From contig CAYJMN010000003.1 of the NCBI GenBank assembly GCA_964371045.1, positions 1,459 to 65,458 on the forward strand: 64,000 nucleotides of DNA, given 5' to 3'. Shown here in pieces: positions 39,201 to 49,100 of the stretch; within the stretch, counting starts at the first letter, position 1; each line of letters opens with the position of its first letter. Source of the DNA: an uncultured Chromatiales bacterium. Its GTDB lineage: Bacteria > Bacteroidota > Ignavibacteria > SZUA-365. A program made the translations under genes and the position numbers. The notes beneath the pieces were generated by a model, which was not told the origin of the DNA, searched no databases, and saw only the letters and a list, made by a program, of their open reading frames with translations.

Positions 39201-41097
39201 TCGTCGCGGAAGCCAAAAATAACGACCGCTCGTGCAGTGAGAGCGAATACTCGGCGCTACCGCCGTACCAGCTGCAGAAAAGCACCGAGGCGGTTGTTGG
39301 ATCGATGACGGCGATGAAGGATTCGGGGGACGTCGCCACGCTGGTTTTATTCGCGATGGCGCCTACTTGCGGAAGATCGGCTGAATTGCTCTGTCCTGAA
39401 ATGATGATTCTACCGCAGGCATCGACATCCATTTCGCTGAACTGATCGGTGCCCGACCCGCCAAAATACGTGGAGAAGAGAATCTGCCCCCGGGGAGAAA
39501 TGCATCCCATGACAATATCGCTCGATCCGGTCGGTACAATCTTGAACCCCCGCACTATGGGAAATCCCGGCGCGTTTGTCTGAAATGCGAAATACAGATT
39601 CCCTGTGGAATCAAAGCGCATCGCACGCCGACCATATCCGCTGTACACGGCGTACGCTTCACTCAGGTAGGAAGAGTAATCGATCTCCCCATGCTCCGAA
39701 GCTAGTTTGGTGATCACCGCTCCGTTTGAATTCGGAGGCGTGGGAATCAGAGGATTCACTATGGGATATCCGGGCCTGGATGTCGCTCCGCTGACCACGA
39801 CTTCCCCATGATCCCCGACGGCGATGCACTGGTACTCTTCGTGTCCGGGTCCGCCCATCAGGGTGGCGTAGGTCAATGTCCAGTCACAGCTGGAATATTT
39901 CATGATGAAGCCGTCCTCAATACCCTGGAGGACATTGAGGTAGGCATCGTCCGTGACCATCGGAGGGGTGTAATACGTATGCGCGAAAAGAAACACATCG
40001 CCGTTGGCTCCGACGGCCATATCACAGATCAGTTGCAAGGTCTGCGTCTGGATGTAGGAAACGTACTCCCGCGCCCCGATGGGATCGAGGATAATGAATC
40101 CGTACGGACTGTAGATCGTATCCCTCGCGTCGGGTGTCAGCAGGTTCGCGAGATTCGTGTTCCATACCAGCAGAATAGTGCGGTCGTTGATGCCGATCTC
40201 CATGTCCCGCACTGAATTTCCATAGAATCCGTATGAGAACACGGTGCTGTGAATCACTGTCCGTCCGTCGGGTGAAATTTTCACGACGTAATCACCGTAG
40301 GTAAATTTGAACAGCAGCGAATCCGCCGGCACGAGGGGAAAATCAGGCGAAATCGTCGATCCCGCCAGGGTCGGATTGCCCTCGCTGTCCACACGAACGA
40401 GCGGGTTGGACTCATTCTTCGTCCCGCCATGAAACAGCGTAAATCCCACCGTCACTGTGAATGCGTACGGCCGCACATAGCCGCCGCCAAGCGTAATCTC
40501 GGTGGTGCCATCGCTGGTTTGACGAATGATGGGGTTCACCGCCGCATCGCCACTCTCGACCTGCAGTGCTCCCGGTGAAACGTTTTCGAAGTGCAACTTC
40601 ACCTGCGAGGGATCGGCCCTGGCGGCTACGTGTATCTCATGCCGAAGCTCGCCAGCGTCGCCTTCAACGCGTACATCGATCCCTTTCCACGCCTGAGCGT
40701 ATGTCAATGAGGATGTCGCTGGCAGCAGGGACTCGCGTGCTTGATTGGCGGAGCCATCGATCAATCGCAACGGTGCGACGGTCGCACCACTTTGCGCGGG
40801 ACGCAAATCCACACGCGTACCGAACATTTCCATGGATGAAAATACAGGGCGAGGCTGTTCCTGCTTGCCGCCATCACTGCCCGGAATCACGGCCACGCTG
40901 TAGCCATTGTTTGAAAACGACACCGTCGGTCCGTACCCTATGCTCGCGGCTTTGACGCGTGCGTCCCACTGACCGTCATTGAGCACGAAGGATCGGGGAA
41001 CCCGAATGCTCTCAACCCGTGGCGTAATCTGGGCGAGACCGGGTTCGCGCATGACGAACAACATGCACGCAAGTATGATCAATCGACGATGCTTCAT
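36289..41097 (-). CDS. giant SBBP-repeat surface protein with T9SS CTD (paralog A)
   Basis: 1602 aa. RBS ggagga. Signal peptide. N-terminal VPRSFVLNDGQWD (as in SBBP-family N-termini). Repeats of YFGGSGTDQ..DVDACG. C-terminal YDSHPNPVV...GVYFISLRTASGEATRSFVVLP. Confidence 0.9.
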   Translation of the reverse strand: MKHRRLIILACMLFVMREPGLAQITPRVESIRVPRSFVLNDGQWDARVKAASIGYGPTVSFSNNGYSVAVIPGSDGGKQEQPRPVFSSMEMFGTRVDLRPAQSGATVAPLRLIDGSANQARESLLPATSSLTYAQAWKGIDVRVEGDAGELRHEIHVAARADPSQVKLHFENVSPGALQVESGDAAVNPIIRQTSDGTTEITLGGGYVRPYAFTVTVGFTLFHGGTKNESNPLVRVDSEGNPTLAGSTISPDFPLVPADSLLFKFTYGDYVVKISPDGRTVIHSTVFSYGFYGNSVRDMEIGINDRTILLVWNTNLANLLTPDARDTIYSPYGFIILDPIGAREYVSYIQTQTLQLICDMAVGANGDVFLFAHTYYTPPMVTDDAYLNVLQGIEDGFIMKYSSCDWTLTYATLMGGPGHEEYQCIAVGDHGEVVVSGATSRPGYPIVNPLIPTPPNSNGAVITKLASEHGEIDYSSYLSEAYAVYSGYGRRAMRFDSTGNLYFAFQTNAPGFPIVRGFKIVPTGSSDIVMGCISPRGQILFSTYFGGSGTDQFSEMDVDACGRIIISGQSNSADLPQVGAIANKTSVATSPESFIAVIDPTTASVLFCSWYGGSAEYSLSLHERSLFLASATTGTNMQPTPGMPGPNPGGNDLLLTRLDIPGICPRPAISPPPPGLNTSLTVDLDAVDTLFVDTLRRIAAPSVCVLRARITNVDSIATSDSLRVLLNIPGVIQLLNGSAPSELYLSSIAPGDSRVLEWFFHAPFDTLLDPASLRFFLRVSPNAPCPVTASGTRSVRVVLMDLASTEVHCSIKSFPQLESGIKDLRLANDTLHVLVHVRNLGDEPAPIKALNLVVQPGTGVFSLTPLQRTFQQLPPRSDREELFSFRVLSWQFYRDVFFKAVLVDTFDLITQYCELTVTIPGVHGTVCSTISPPTVRWDPMSGRSDPMEFGIGLTIENPADTVRFYTVERLDMSRAPHLQLATGEVERRDRFYVNPGFRRLQQWRFAVLPPIDHDVSDTVGLVYITEADGKEHRCEAIVNIRVQRGEILCTLDLPDSLHIDSSNGLLSQTDFTATMVLHNVGSIPLPLKEADILLPPDGMIALLDARLKGLRQLAAGERDTVSWSLRALSSPTERLSSIGVVAYAPDASEAARCEKTIFIPAVGIPCLVLSPDTVHYDMPRGEYVTDPFDVTLRLRNPTDTALVNVRARLDTASLKRSRLVGPAMPVRVLPLLNAGSSVDVTWKLTPLWAATDEEERYIVSIDIGDRDIHSACDAATLIEGGPRYVSLHCSTAGHDTIWADNFYEALIPDPLQLQYTVRNTGTMISKPCRIAIVLPPVLVLAAGEDSVKMIPALLPGASASAEWMLDIVESQAAAGTVAVRWIADCDGQETPLSCESTVTITARDPDGIVLTPWLLRFTAEHLGALPASKSVTLWTGGGPTPAWSVAQSPSWLSTIPLDGNARTVMNVQPVTTDLPIGKHYGKIELHPAPITPGDIQVVYSIVSPLSVAAPRPVEGVALYDSHPNPVVRGERTTVPYSVPVGSVSRISVRDVLGREILSRTEAASADGQGSIVIDTDRLRSGVYFISLRTASGEATRSFVVLP

Positions 41098-41220
41098 GGT
41101 TTCCTCCGCGGATCGAGGCTGGATGCTCGATGCTTCTGCCGGTCAGGTCCGCTCGCTGATCCCGGCTCGTCTGTCTCAAGAACACCCTGGGCGGACATGC
41201 ATCCGCCCCTGGATTTTTTC

Positions 41221-44200
41221 TTACGGCAGCACGACGATGCTCCGTGTCGCCTCTCCGCTTGATGTGCGGAGCGAAATGTAATATACACCGGAACGGAGTC
41301 TGTCCGTGTCTATCACGATGCTACCCTGGCCGTCCACGGACGCCGCTTCGGTGCGGGACAGGATCTCGCGGCCCAGCACATCACGCACGCTGATCCGGCT
41401 CACGCTGCCGACGGGAACCCTGTACGGTAGGGTCGTGCGCTCGCCGCGCACAACGGGATTCGGATGGCTGTCATACAATGCGACGGTCTCCACCGGACGC
41501 GGTTCGGATACCGAGAGCGGCGCGATAATGGCGTACACAACCTGGATATCGCCAGGTGTTATCGGTGTGGGATGGATCTCGATCAATCCGCGATGCTCGC
41601 CGATCGGCAGGTCCGTGGTCACGGGTTGCACGCTCATGACCGTACGCGCATTGCCGTCGAGCGGGATCGTCGACAGCCACGACGGTGCCTGCGCCACCGC
41701 CCATGCCGGCGTGGGTCCGCCACCGGTCCACAGCGTCACGGACTTCGATGCCGGCAATGCGCCGAGGCGTTCGGCGGTGAAGCGCAGCAGCCAGGGCGTC
41801 AGCACGATCCCGTTCGGATCGCGCGCGGTGATGGTCACTGTCGCTTCACACGACAGCGGCGTCTCCTGTCCGTCGCAATCGGCAATCCAGCGCACCGCGA
41901 CACTCCCGACCGCTACCTGCGACTGCACGATATCCAGCATCCACTCCGCGCTCGCCGAAACGCCCGGGAGTATCGCGGAGATCATCTTGACGCTATCCTC
42001 CCCCGCCGCGAGAACGAGCACCGGAGGAAGTACGATCGCGATACGGCACGGTTTCGAGATCATCGTTCCCGTGTTGCGCACCGTGTACTGCAGTTGCAGA
42101 GGATCGGGGATGAGCGCTTCGTAGAAATTGTCGGCCCAGATCGTATCGTGACCGGCGGTGGAGCAATGCAACGACACGTCCCGCGGACCGCCTTCTATCA
42201 ATGTCGTCGCGTCGCAGGTGGAATGAATACCGCGCTCTCCGATGTCGATGAAAACCACATAGTGTTCCTCCTCGTCCGTCGCGGCCCACAGCGGAGTCAG
42301 TTTCCAGGTGACGTCCACGCTCGCGCCCGCATCCAGCAATGCAATCACGCGCACGGGCATCGCGGGACCCACGAGCCGCGACCGTATCAGCGACGCCGTA
42401 TCGAGCCTTACCTGCACATTGACCAATGCGGTATCCGTTGGATTGCGGAGCCGCAGTGTGACGTCGAACTCGTCCGTTTCATACTCGCCGCGCAACACAT
42501 CGTAATGCACCGTGTCGGGGGATATGACGAGGCATGGAATCCCAACAGCGGGGATGAATATCGTTTTCTCGCACCGCGCCGCCTCCGAGGCGTCCGGCGC
42601 ATACGCCACGACGCTTATCGACGAGAGCCGCTCGGTCGGCGAAGACATCGCGTGCAGCGACCACGACACCGTATCGCGTTCGCCCGCCGCGAGCTGATGC
42701 AAACCCTTCAACCTTGCGTCCAGCAGCGTGATCATGCCGTCGGGAGGCAGCAGTATGTCCGCCTCTTTCAGAGGCAATGCGGCGATGCCCACATTGTGGA
42801 ACACCGCCGTCGCGGTAAATTCCGAAGGAGAAATTAGGCCAGTTATCGTATCCAGATGGAGTGAATCCGGCAGCAGGAGATCGCACACAATTTCATTGCG
42901 CTCTACGCAAATATTCACGACGGCATCGCAGACATGCTCCTTCCCATCAAACTCCGTGATATACACAATCCCCACCGTCTCTGATACATCCTCATCGATG
43001 GGCGGTATGACGGCAAGATTCCAATTCTGCTTACGCCGGTAGCGATCCGCGACAAAGAATCTTGGGCGTTGTTCTATCTCCCCCACATCAAGTTTCAGAT
43101 GCGGAGCCCGTGAGAAATCGAGGCGATCCACTGTGTAGAAGCGCATGGTGTCCGATGGATTTTCAATGGTCAAGGCAATTGGTATCGGGTAGGGATCACT
43201 TGATCGGGCAACCTGATACCATTTCACTTCGGGCGGTGACGTGGTGGAGCAGATGGTTCCAGTCACGCCGGGGATTGTCACGCTTATCTCACAATGTTCA
43301 GTTTCGTAGTCGAAGGTGTCGATCAGTGCCGCAGTGAGTGTTATTGCTCTATTGATTTGCAATGAAAGGACTCGAAACAAGAATTCAGCCTCCACATCAC
43401 TCTTTGGGGGAATTGCAGCGATTGGTCGCAGAAGGGATGGCGATAAAAGGCGGAGAGTCGCAGCGTGCGGGTCGTGCAATCGGATGGCTTTGATCGGCGC
43501 AATGCTGGTGCCCACATTGTGGACGCGAACGCGAACATGCAGGGTGTCGTGTACCAATCGCATGCCCTGGATATCGACTTCTGGTTGAGGAAAACTTTCG
43601 AGCACGCAGTGTACTTCCTTGTACGAAAAATCTTCATGTATCACTGGGATGGTTTTCATCTGACTCGAGGATGTTGGGCAGACGTCAATCGGGAGAGCGC
43701 TTACGATGAATCGAAGCGAACCAACATTTCTCAACGAGTCGTAAGGTGAATGCAGTAACCATTCCAGTAATCGCTTTCCCTGCGGAGGCAGCCCCGGGAC
43801 AACTAATTCCAAAGGGATAGAACCAGCACGCAATTTGATTGCAAGAGGTATAGCGAGGCGGACGAGAAGCGAATCCGAGGTCAAGTGAGAATCGAGATTG
43901 CTGATGGTTGCCCGAAGGACGAAATTCGTGGGTGTCGCAACGCGACGGAAGGTATCCACGCGAACCGAACTCACGATGTCAATATTTACAGACAACATCG
44001 GGCCTCCTCTAGATAACGGTGGAAGCGCTACACGGGGGCAAAGTCCGGGTATATCCAATCGCGACAGGACGATATCACGACCGGAGGGATTTGGACCAGG
44101 CATGCCTGCTGAGGCTTGCATATTGTCGCCGGTCGTTGCCGATGAAATCAGGACGGAATTGTTATGCAGTGTGAGCGAGTATGGCGTCACCCCACCGTAC

Positions 44201-46023
44201 CAGCTGCAAAACGGGATGGTTGCTGTATGCGGATTGACGACGGCAATGAATGCTTCCTGCGTCGGGACAGTTGTAACTCGACCGGCAATCGGCGAGACAA
44301 TGGGCAAATCAGCGGAGTTACTGAACCCGGTAAGAATCATATTTCCGCAAGCATCGACGGTAAGCTCGTTCACAGACTCTGACCCCATCCCTCCAAAGAA
44401 TGAGGAGAAGATAAGTTGTCCCGTGGGTGAAAAACAAACGAGCACGATATCGGTTGTGCCTTCGACAGATCCCTTCATGCTCCTGAAAAGGGGAAAATCC
44501 TGGCAGGGTGTTTCTCCGGCGAAATACACCCTCCCCGAAGCATCAAAGCGGAGCCGTCTTACATTGCTCTGTCCCCGTATCTCCGACACCTTTCCACCAA
44601 GAAACGTCGAGAATACGATGCTTCGAAAATCAGGTTCGAATTTGGTGATGATATAGTCACTATCTCCGTTGGACGCGGACTGAACTGCGTTCACGACGGG
44701 ATACGTACCCCGATCGATCATAATACCTAGAATGGCTATTTCATTGGAATCGCTCAAGGCAATGTGAGTGTACTCCTCGTGCCCTTTGCCCCCAAAGCAT
44801 GATGCGTAGATCAAGCTATAGTCACAACCAGAAAACCGCATGATGAAGCCATCCTCGGCGCCCTGATTTTTCTTGAACATGGCATCAGCCGTAACCATCG
44901 GAGGAGTTGAATAGGTATGCGCAATCATATATACGTCCCCATCGGGACCGCACTCCATATCCGCGATTTCCTGCAATCCATCGGTCAAAATGTAAGAGAT
45001 ATAGACGATCTCGCCGGCGTCACTCAACACGATTACTCCGTAGGAGCTAAATGTTGTGTGTTTCGCGTCAAATGTCAACAATGGTCCCAAATTTGTTCCA
45101 CCCACCAGAAGCACATGACGGTTTTGTATTCCTATCGCAGCGTCGACTAGTGAGATGTTGAATATAACCGTGCTGTGTTTTACCGTGCGCCCATCAGCGG
45201 AGAGCTTGACATCGAACATCATGGTTTGTAATAACGGTGGGAACGGTTTTGCAGGCAGAGTCGGGAAATCAAACGAATTGGTTGTCCCGCTCAGTCTTGT
45301 GTAACCGTCACGATCAACCCGTACAAATGTATCGGACTCCTCTCTCGTCCCTCCATAAAATAACGTAAATCCCACCGTCACCGTGAACGCGTACGGCCGT
45401 ACATACCCGCCTCCGAGTGTGATCTCCGTCGCGCCTGCGCTGCTTTGACGAATGAGGGGTTTTACCGCCGCGTCACTGCACTCGACATGCAATGCTCCTA
45501 AGGGAACGTTGTCGAAACGCAGCCTCACCTGCGAGGGATCGGAACCGGCTGCAACGTGTATCTCATGCCGGAGCTCCCCGGCGTCGCCCTCCATGCGCAC
45601 GTCGATCCCCTTCCATGCGTCGGCGTAGGTCAGGGAGGATGTCGCGGGCAACAGGGACTCGCGCGCGGGAGCGGCCGAACCATCGATCAACCGCAAGGGC
45701 GCGACGACGGCGCCGCTTTGCATCGGACGAATATCCTTGCGCACTCCGACCATTTCCATCGATGAAAATTTAGAGCCGGGCGCTTCATGTTTTTCGCTAC
45801 CCTCTCCCGGAATCACGGCGACGCTGTAGCCGCTGTTGGAAAACGACACCGTCGGTCCGTAGCCCATGCTCGCGGCTTTCACGCGCGCGTCCCACTGACC
45901 GTCATTCAGAACAAATGAGCGCGGCACCCGGATGCGCTCAATCTTCGGCGCATTCTGGGCGAGCGCGATTTCGCCCGTGAGCAAAAATATGCACGCGAGT
46001 ACAAGCAGTCGATGATGACTCAT
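41221..46023 (-). CDS. giant SBBP-repeat surface protein with T9SS CTD (paralog B)
   Basis: ATG at 46023 after ggagga (the tool ORF extends further to 46173). 1600 aa. Same architecture as A. Confidence 0.9.
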   Translation of the reverse strand: MSHHRLLVLACIFLLTGEIALAQNAPKIERIRVPRSFVLNDGQWDARVKAASMGYGPTVSFSNSGYSVAVIPGEGSEKHEAPGSKFSSMEMVGVRKDIRPMQSGAVVAPLRLIDGSAAPARESLLPATSSLTYADAWKGIDVRMEGDAGELRHEIHVAAGSDPSQVRLRFDNVPLGALHVECSDAAVKPLIRQSSAGATEITLGGGYVRPYAFTVTVGFTLFYGGTREESDTFVRVDRDGYTRLSGTTNSFDFPTLPAKPFPPLLQTMMFDVKLSADGRTVKHSTVIFNISLVDAAIGIQNRHVLLVGGTNLGPLLTFDAKHTTFSSYGVIVLSDAGEIVYISYILTDGLQEIADMECGPDGDVYMIAHTYSTPPMVTADAMFKKNQGAEDGFIMRFSGCDYSLIYASCFGGKGHEEYTHIALSDSNEIAILGIMIDRGTYPVVNAVQSASNGDSDYIITKFEPDFRSIVFSTFLGGKVSEIRGQSNVRRLRFDASGRVYFAGETPCQDFPLFRSMKGSVEGTTDIVLVCFSPTGQLIFSSFFGGMGSESVNELTVDACGNMILTGFSNSADLPIVSPIAGRVTTVPTQEAFIAVVNPHTATIPFCSWYGGVTPYSLTLHNNSVLISSATTGDNMQASAGMPGPNPSGRDIVLSRLDIPGLCPRVALPPLSRGGPMLSVNIDIVSSVRVDTFRRVATPTNFVLRATISNLDSHLTSDSLLVRLAIPLAIKLRAGSIPLELVVPGLPPQGKRLLEWLLHSPYDSLRNVGSLRFIVSALPIDVCPTSSSQMKTIPVIHEDFSYKEVHCVLESFPQPEVDIQGMRLVHDTLHVRVRVHNVGTSIAPIKAIRLHDPHAATLRLLSPSLLRPIAAIPPKSDVEAEFLFRVLSLQINRAITLTAALIDTFDYETEHCEISVTIPGVTGTICSTTSPPEVKWYQVARSSDPYPIPIALTIENPSDTMRFYTVDRLDFSRAPHLKLDVGEIEQRPRFFVADRYRRKQNWNLAVIPPIDEDVSETVGIVYITEFDGKEHVCDAVVNICVERNEIVCDLLLPDSLHLDTITGLISPSEFTATAVFHNVGIAALPLKEADILLPPDGMITLLDARLKGLHQLAAGERDTVSWSLHAMSSPTERLSSISVVAYAPDASEAARCEKTIFIPAVGIPCLVISPDTVHYDVLRGEYETDEFDVTLRLRNPTDTALVNVQVRLDTASLIRSRLVGPAMPVRVIALLDAGASVDVTWKLTPLWAATDEEEHYVVFIDIGERGIHSTCDATTLIEGGPRDVSLHCSTAGHDTIWADNFYEALIPDPLQLQYTVRNTGTMISKPCRIAIVLPPVLVLAAGEDSVKMISAILPGVSASAEWMLDIVQSQVAVGSVAVRWIADCDGQETPLSCEATVTITARDPNGIVLTPWLLRFTAERLGALPASKSVTLWTGGGPTPAWAVAQAPSWLSTIPLDGNARTVMSVQPVTTDLPIGEHRGLIEIHPTPITPGDIQVVYAIIAPLSVSEPRPVETVALYDSHPNPVVRGERTTLPYRVPVGSVSRISVRDVLGREILSRTEAASVDGQGSIVIDTDRLRSGVYYISLRTSSGEATRSIVVLP

Positions 46024-46049
46024 AAGGTCCTCCAATGCGGCAAGGTACG

Positions 46050-46160
46050 GTTCTTCGTCGTTCGTTCTTCGTTCCGAGTTCTTCGCTCTTCGCGCTTTGC
46101 TCTTCGCGCTTTGCTCTTCGCGCTTTGCTCTTCGCTCTTTGCTCTTCGCTCTTCGCCCGG
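46050..46160. repeat. tandem 15-mer (gctcttcgcgctttg) x5 in the B-C intergenic/promoter region
   Basis: 46083-46157 holds five tandem copies, preceded by a ttcg-rich stretch. Confidence 0.8.
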
Positions 46161-46191
46161 AGCGGACATTCACCCGCCCCGGGCGTGATTC

Positions 46192-49100
46192 CTACGGCAA
46201 CACCACGATACTCCGCGTGGCCTCTCCGCTCGCTGTGCGGAGCGAAATGAAGTACACGCCGGGCCAGAAGCGCTCGGTGTCGATCACGATGCTGCCCTCG
46301 CCGGTCACGGACGCGGCCTCCGTGCGCGACAGAATCTCTCGGCCGAGGACATCGCGCACGCTGATCCGGCTCACGCTGCCGACCGGAACCCGGTACGGCA
46401 CGGTCGCGATTTCGCCGCGTACCACGGGATTCGGATGGCTGTTGTACAGAGCGACGGTCTCGACGGGAAGCGGATCCGACACCGACAGCGGCGAGATTAT
46501 CGAATACACGACCTGAATATCGCCCGGCGTGATCGGTGCGGGATGGAGTTCAATTGTTCCGAAATGATCGCCGAGCGGCAGATCCGTGGTCACGGGTTGC
46601 ACGCTCATGACGGTACGGGCGTTGCCATCGAGCGGGATCGTCGACAGCCACGACGGTGCCTGCGCCACCGCCCATGCCGGCGTGGGTCCGCCACCGGTCC
46701 AGAGCGTCACCGATTTCGACGCGGGCAGCGCTCCGAGATGCTCGGCGGTGAAGCGCAGCAGCCATGGCGTCAGCACAATCCCGTCCGGATCGCGCGCGGT
46801 GATGGTCACTGTCGATTCACACGAAAGCGGCGCCTCCTGTCCGTCGCAATCGGCGATCCAGCGCACCGCGACACTCCCGACCGCTACCTGCGACTGCACG
46901 ATGTCCAGCATCCACTCCGCGCTCGCCGACGTGCCCGGCAGTATCGCCGGGATCATCTTGACGCTGTCCTCCCCCGCCGCGAGAGCGAGCACCGCAGGAA
47001 GCACGATCGCGATACGGCACGGCTTCGAAATCATCGTTCCCATGTTGCACACCGTGTACTGCAGTTGCAGGGGATCGGGAATCAACGCTTCGTAGAATTT
47101 GTCGCCCCAGATGGTGTCGTGACCGGCCGTTGAGCAACGCAGCGAAACATCCCGCGGACCTCCTTCGATCAGCCTCGTCGCATCACAGGTTGCATGAACA
47201 TCGCGGTCACCGAAGTCGACGGAGACGATGTAGCGTTCCTCTTCGTCCGTCGCGCCCCACAGCGGCTCCAGCTTCCAAATAACATCCACGCTGTTACCGG
47301 CATCCAGGATTGGAATCACTTGCTCCGGCATCGCAGGCCCCACCAGTCGCGACCTCTTTAGCGACACGGTATCCAGACGCACCTGCACATTAACCAACGC
47401 GGTGTCCGTTGGATTGCGGAGCCGCAGGGTAACGTCGAACACGTCCGTTTCGTACTCGCCGCGCAGAATATCGTAGTGCACGGTATCGGGAGCAAGCACG
47501 AGGCACGGAATCCCCACAGCGGGGATGAATATCGTCTTTTCACAGCGCGCAGCCTCTGAGGCGTCAGGCGCATACGCCACGACACCGATCGACGAGAGGC
47601 GCTCGGTCGGCGAGGACAACGCGCGCAGCGACCACGACACCGTATCGCGTTCGCCCGGCGCAAGTTGATGCAAACCCTTCAACCTTGCGTCCAGCAGCGT
47701 GATCATGCCGTCGGGAGGCAGCAGTATGTCCGCCTCTTTCAACGGCAGCGGGATCGAACCCACATTGTGGAATACCGCGGTCGCAGTAAAATCCGATTCT
47801 CGTAATAATCCCGTCGACGCATCTACTTCAAGCGAATCCGGCACCTGCAGATCGCACACAATTTCATTACGCTGCATGCGGATTTTCACGACCGCTTCGC
47901 AGACATGCTCTTTCCCATCCAGCTCCGTGATATGCACAATCGCCACAGTGTCTGATACATCCGTATTGATAGGCGGAATGACCGCAAGATTCCATCGCTG
48001 TTTCCGCTTGTTCCGATCATAGACAAAGAATCTCTCGCGTTGTTCGATTTCTCCCGTGTCCAGCCGCAGATGCGGAGCGCGCGAAAAATCGAGGCGATCG
48101 ACAGTGTAGAACCTCGTGGTATCCGTCGGGTTTTCTATAGTCAACACGACCTGCACTGGGTGAGGATTACTCGTCCGGGATATTTGATCCCAGATCACCG
48201 TCAGAGGAGTCGGAGTCGTGCAGACCGTGCCTGTCACACCGGGGATCCGGACGGTACCTTCGCAGTACTGCATTGTAAAATCGAAGGTGTCCACAAGGGC
48301 CGCCATGAACGTCACATCCCGGTTCCACTGCCACGACAGCACCAGGAAGCTGAACAACTCCTCTCTCTCGCTTTTGGGCGGAAGCTGCGGGAAGGATCTC
48401 TGGAGCGGCGTCAACGACATCATACCGCTGCCAGGCGGCACGATGAGATTCAGCGCCTTGATCGGTGCGATGTTGTCGCCAAGGTTTCGTAAACGAACCC
48501 GAACATGCAGCGTGTCATGAGCCAGGCGCAGCCCCTGAACTCCGACCTCCGGTTCGGGAAAACACTCGACCGAGCAGTGGACCTCCGAATAGGAGAGATC
48601 CCTGAAAACAACTCGCAACTGCAGATGAGCGCTGGCTGTAAACGGACAGGGAGCACTCGGAGATGAACGAAGCAGAAAGCGGAGTGATGTAACGTCCAGC
48701 AACGAGTCGAATGGCGTATAAAAAAACCATTCGAGAACGCGCGTATCCCCCGGAGCAATACGGGAGAGGTATCGTTCTGCCGGGGACGATCCGTTCAACA
48801 GGCGCACAACTCCGGGTATACGCAGTAACACGAGGAGCGAATCCGGGGTCGGTAAGGAATCCACATTGGTGAACCTCGCACGCAGGACAAAGGTTGTCGG
48901 AGATGCGATACGCCGCAGAGTGTCCACGAACAGTGTGTCGATAGCGTCGAGCTCAACAGTTAATACCGTACTCAACCCAGCGGGGACTGGAGGAATTGCC
49001 GGTCGCGGGCACAGACCGGGAATATCCAGACGAGTGAGCAGAAGATCGTAACCTGTCGGATTCGCTCCTGGCATCCCAGGTGTCGGTTGCATGTTGCCGC

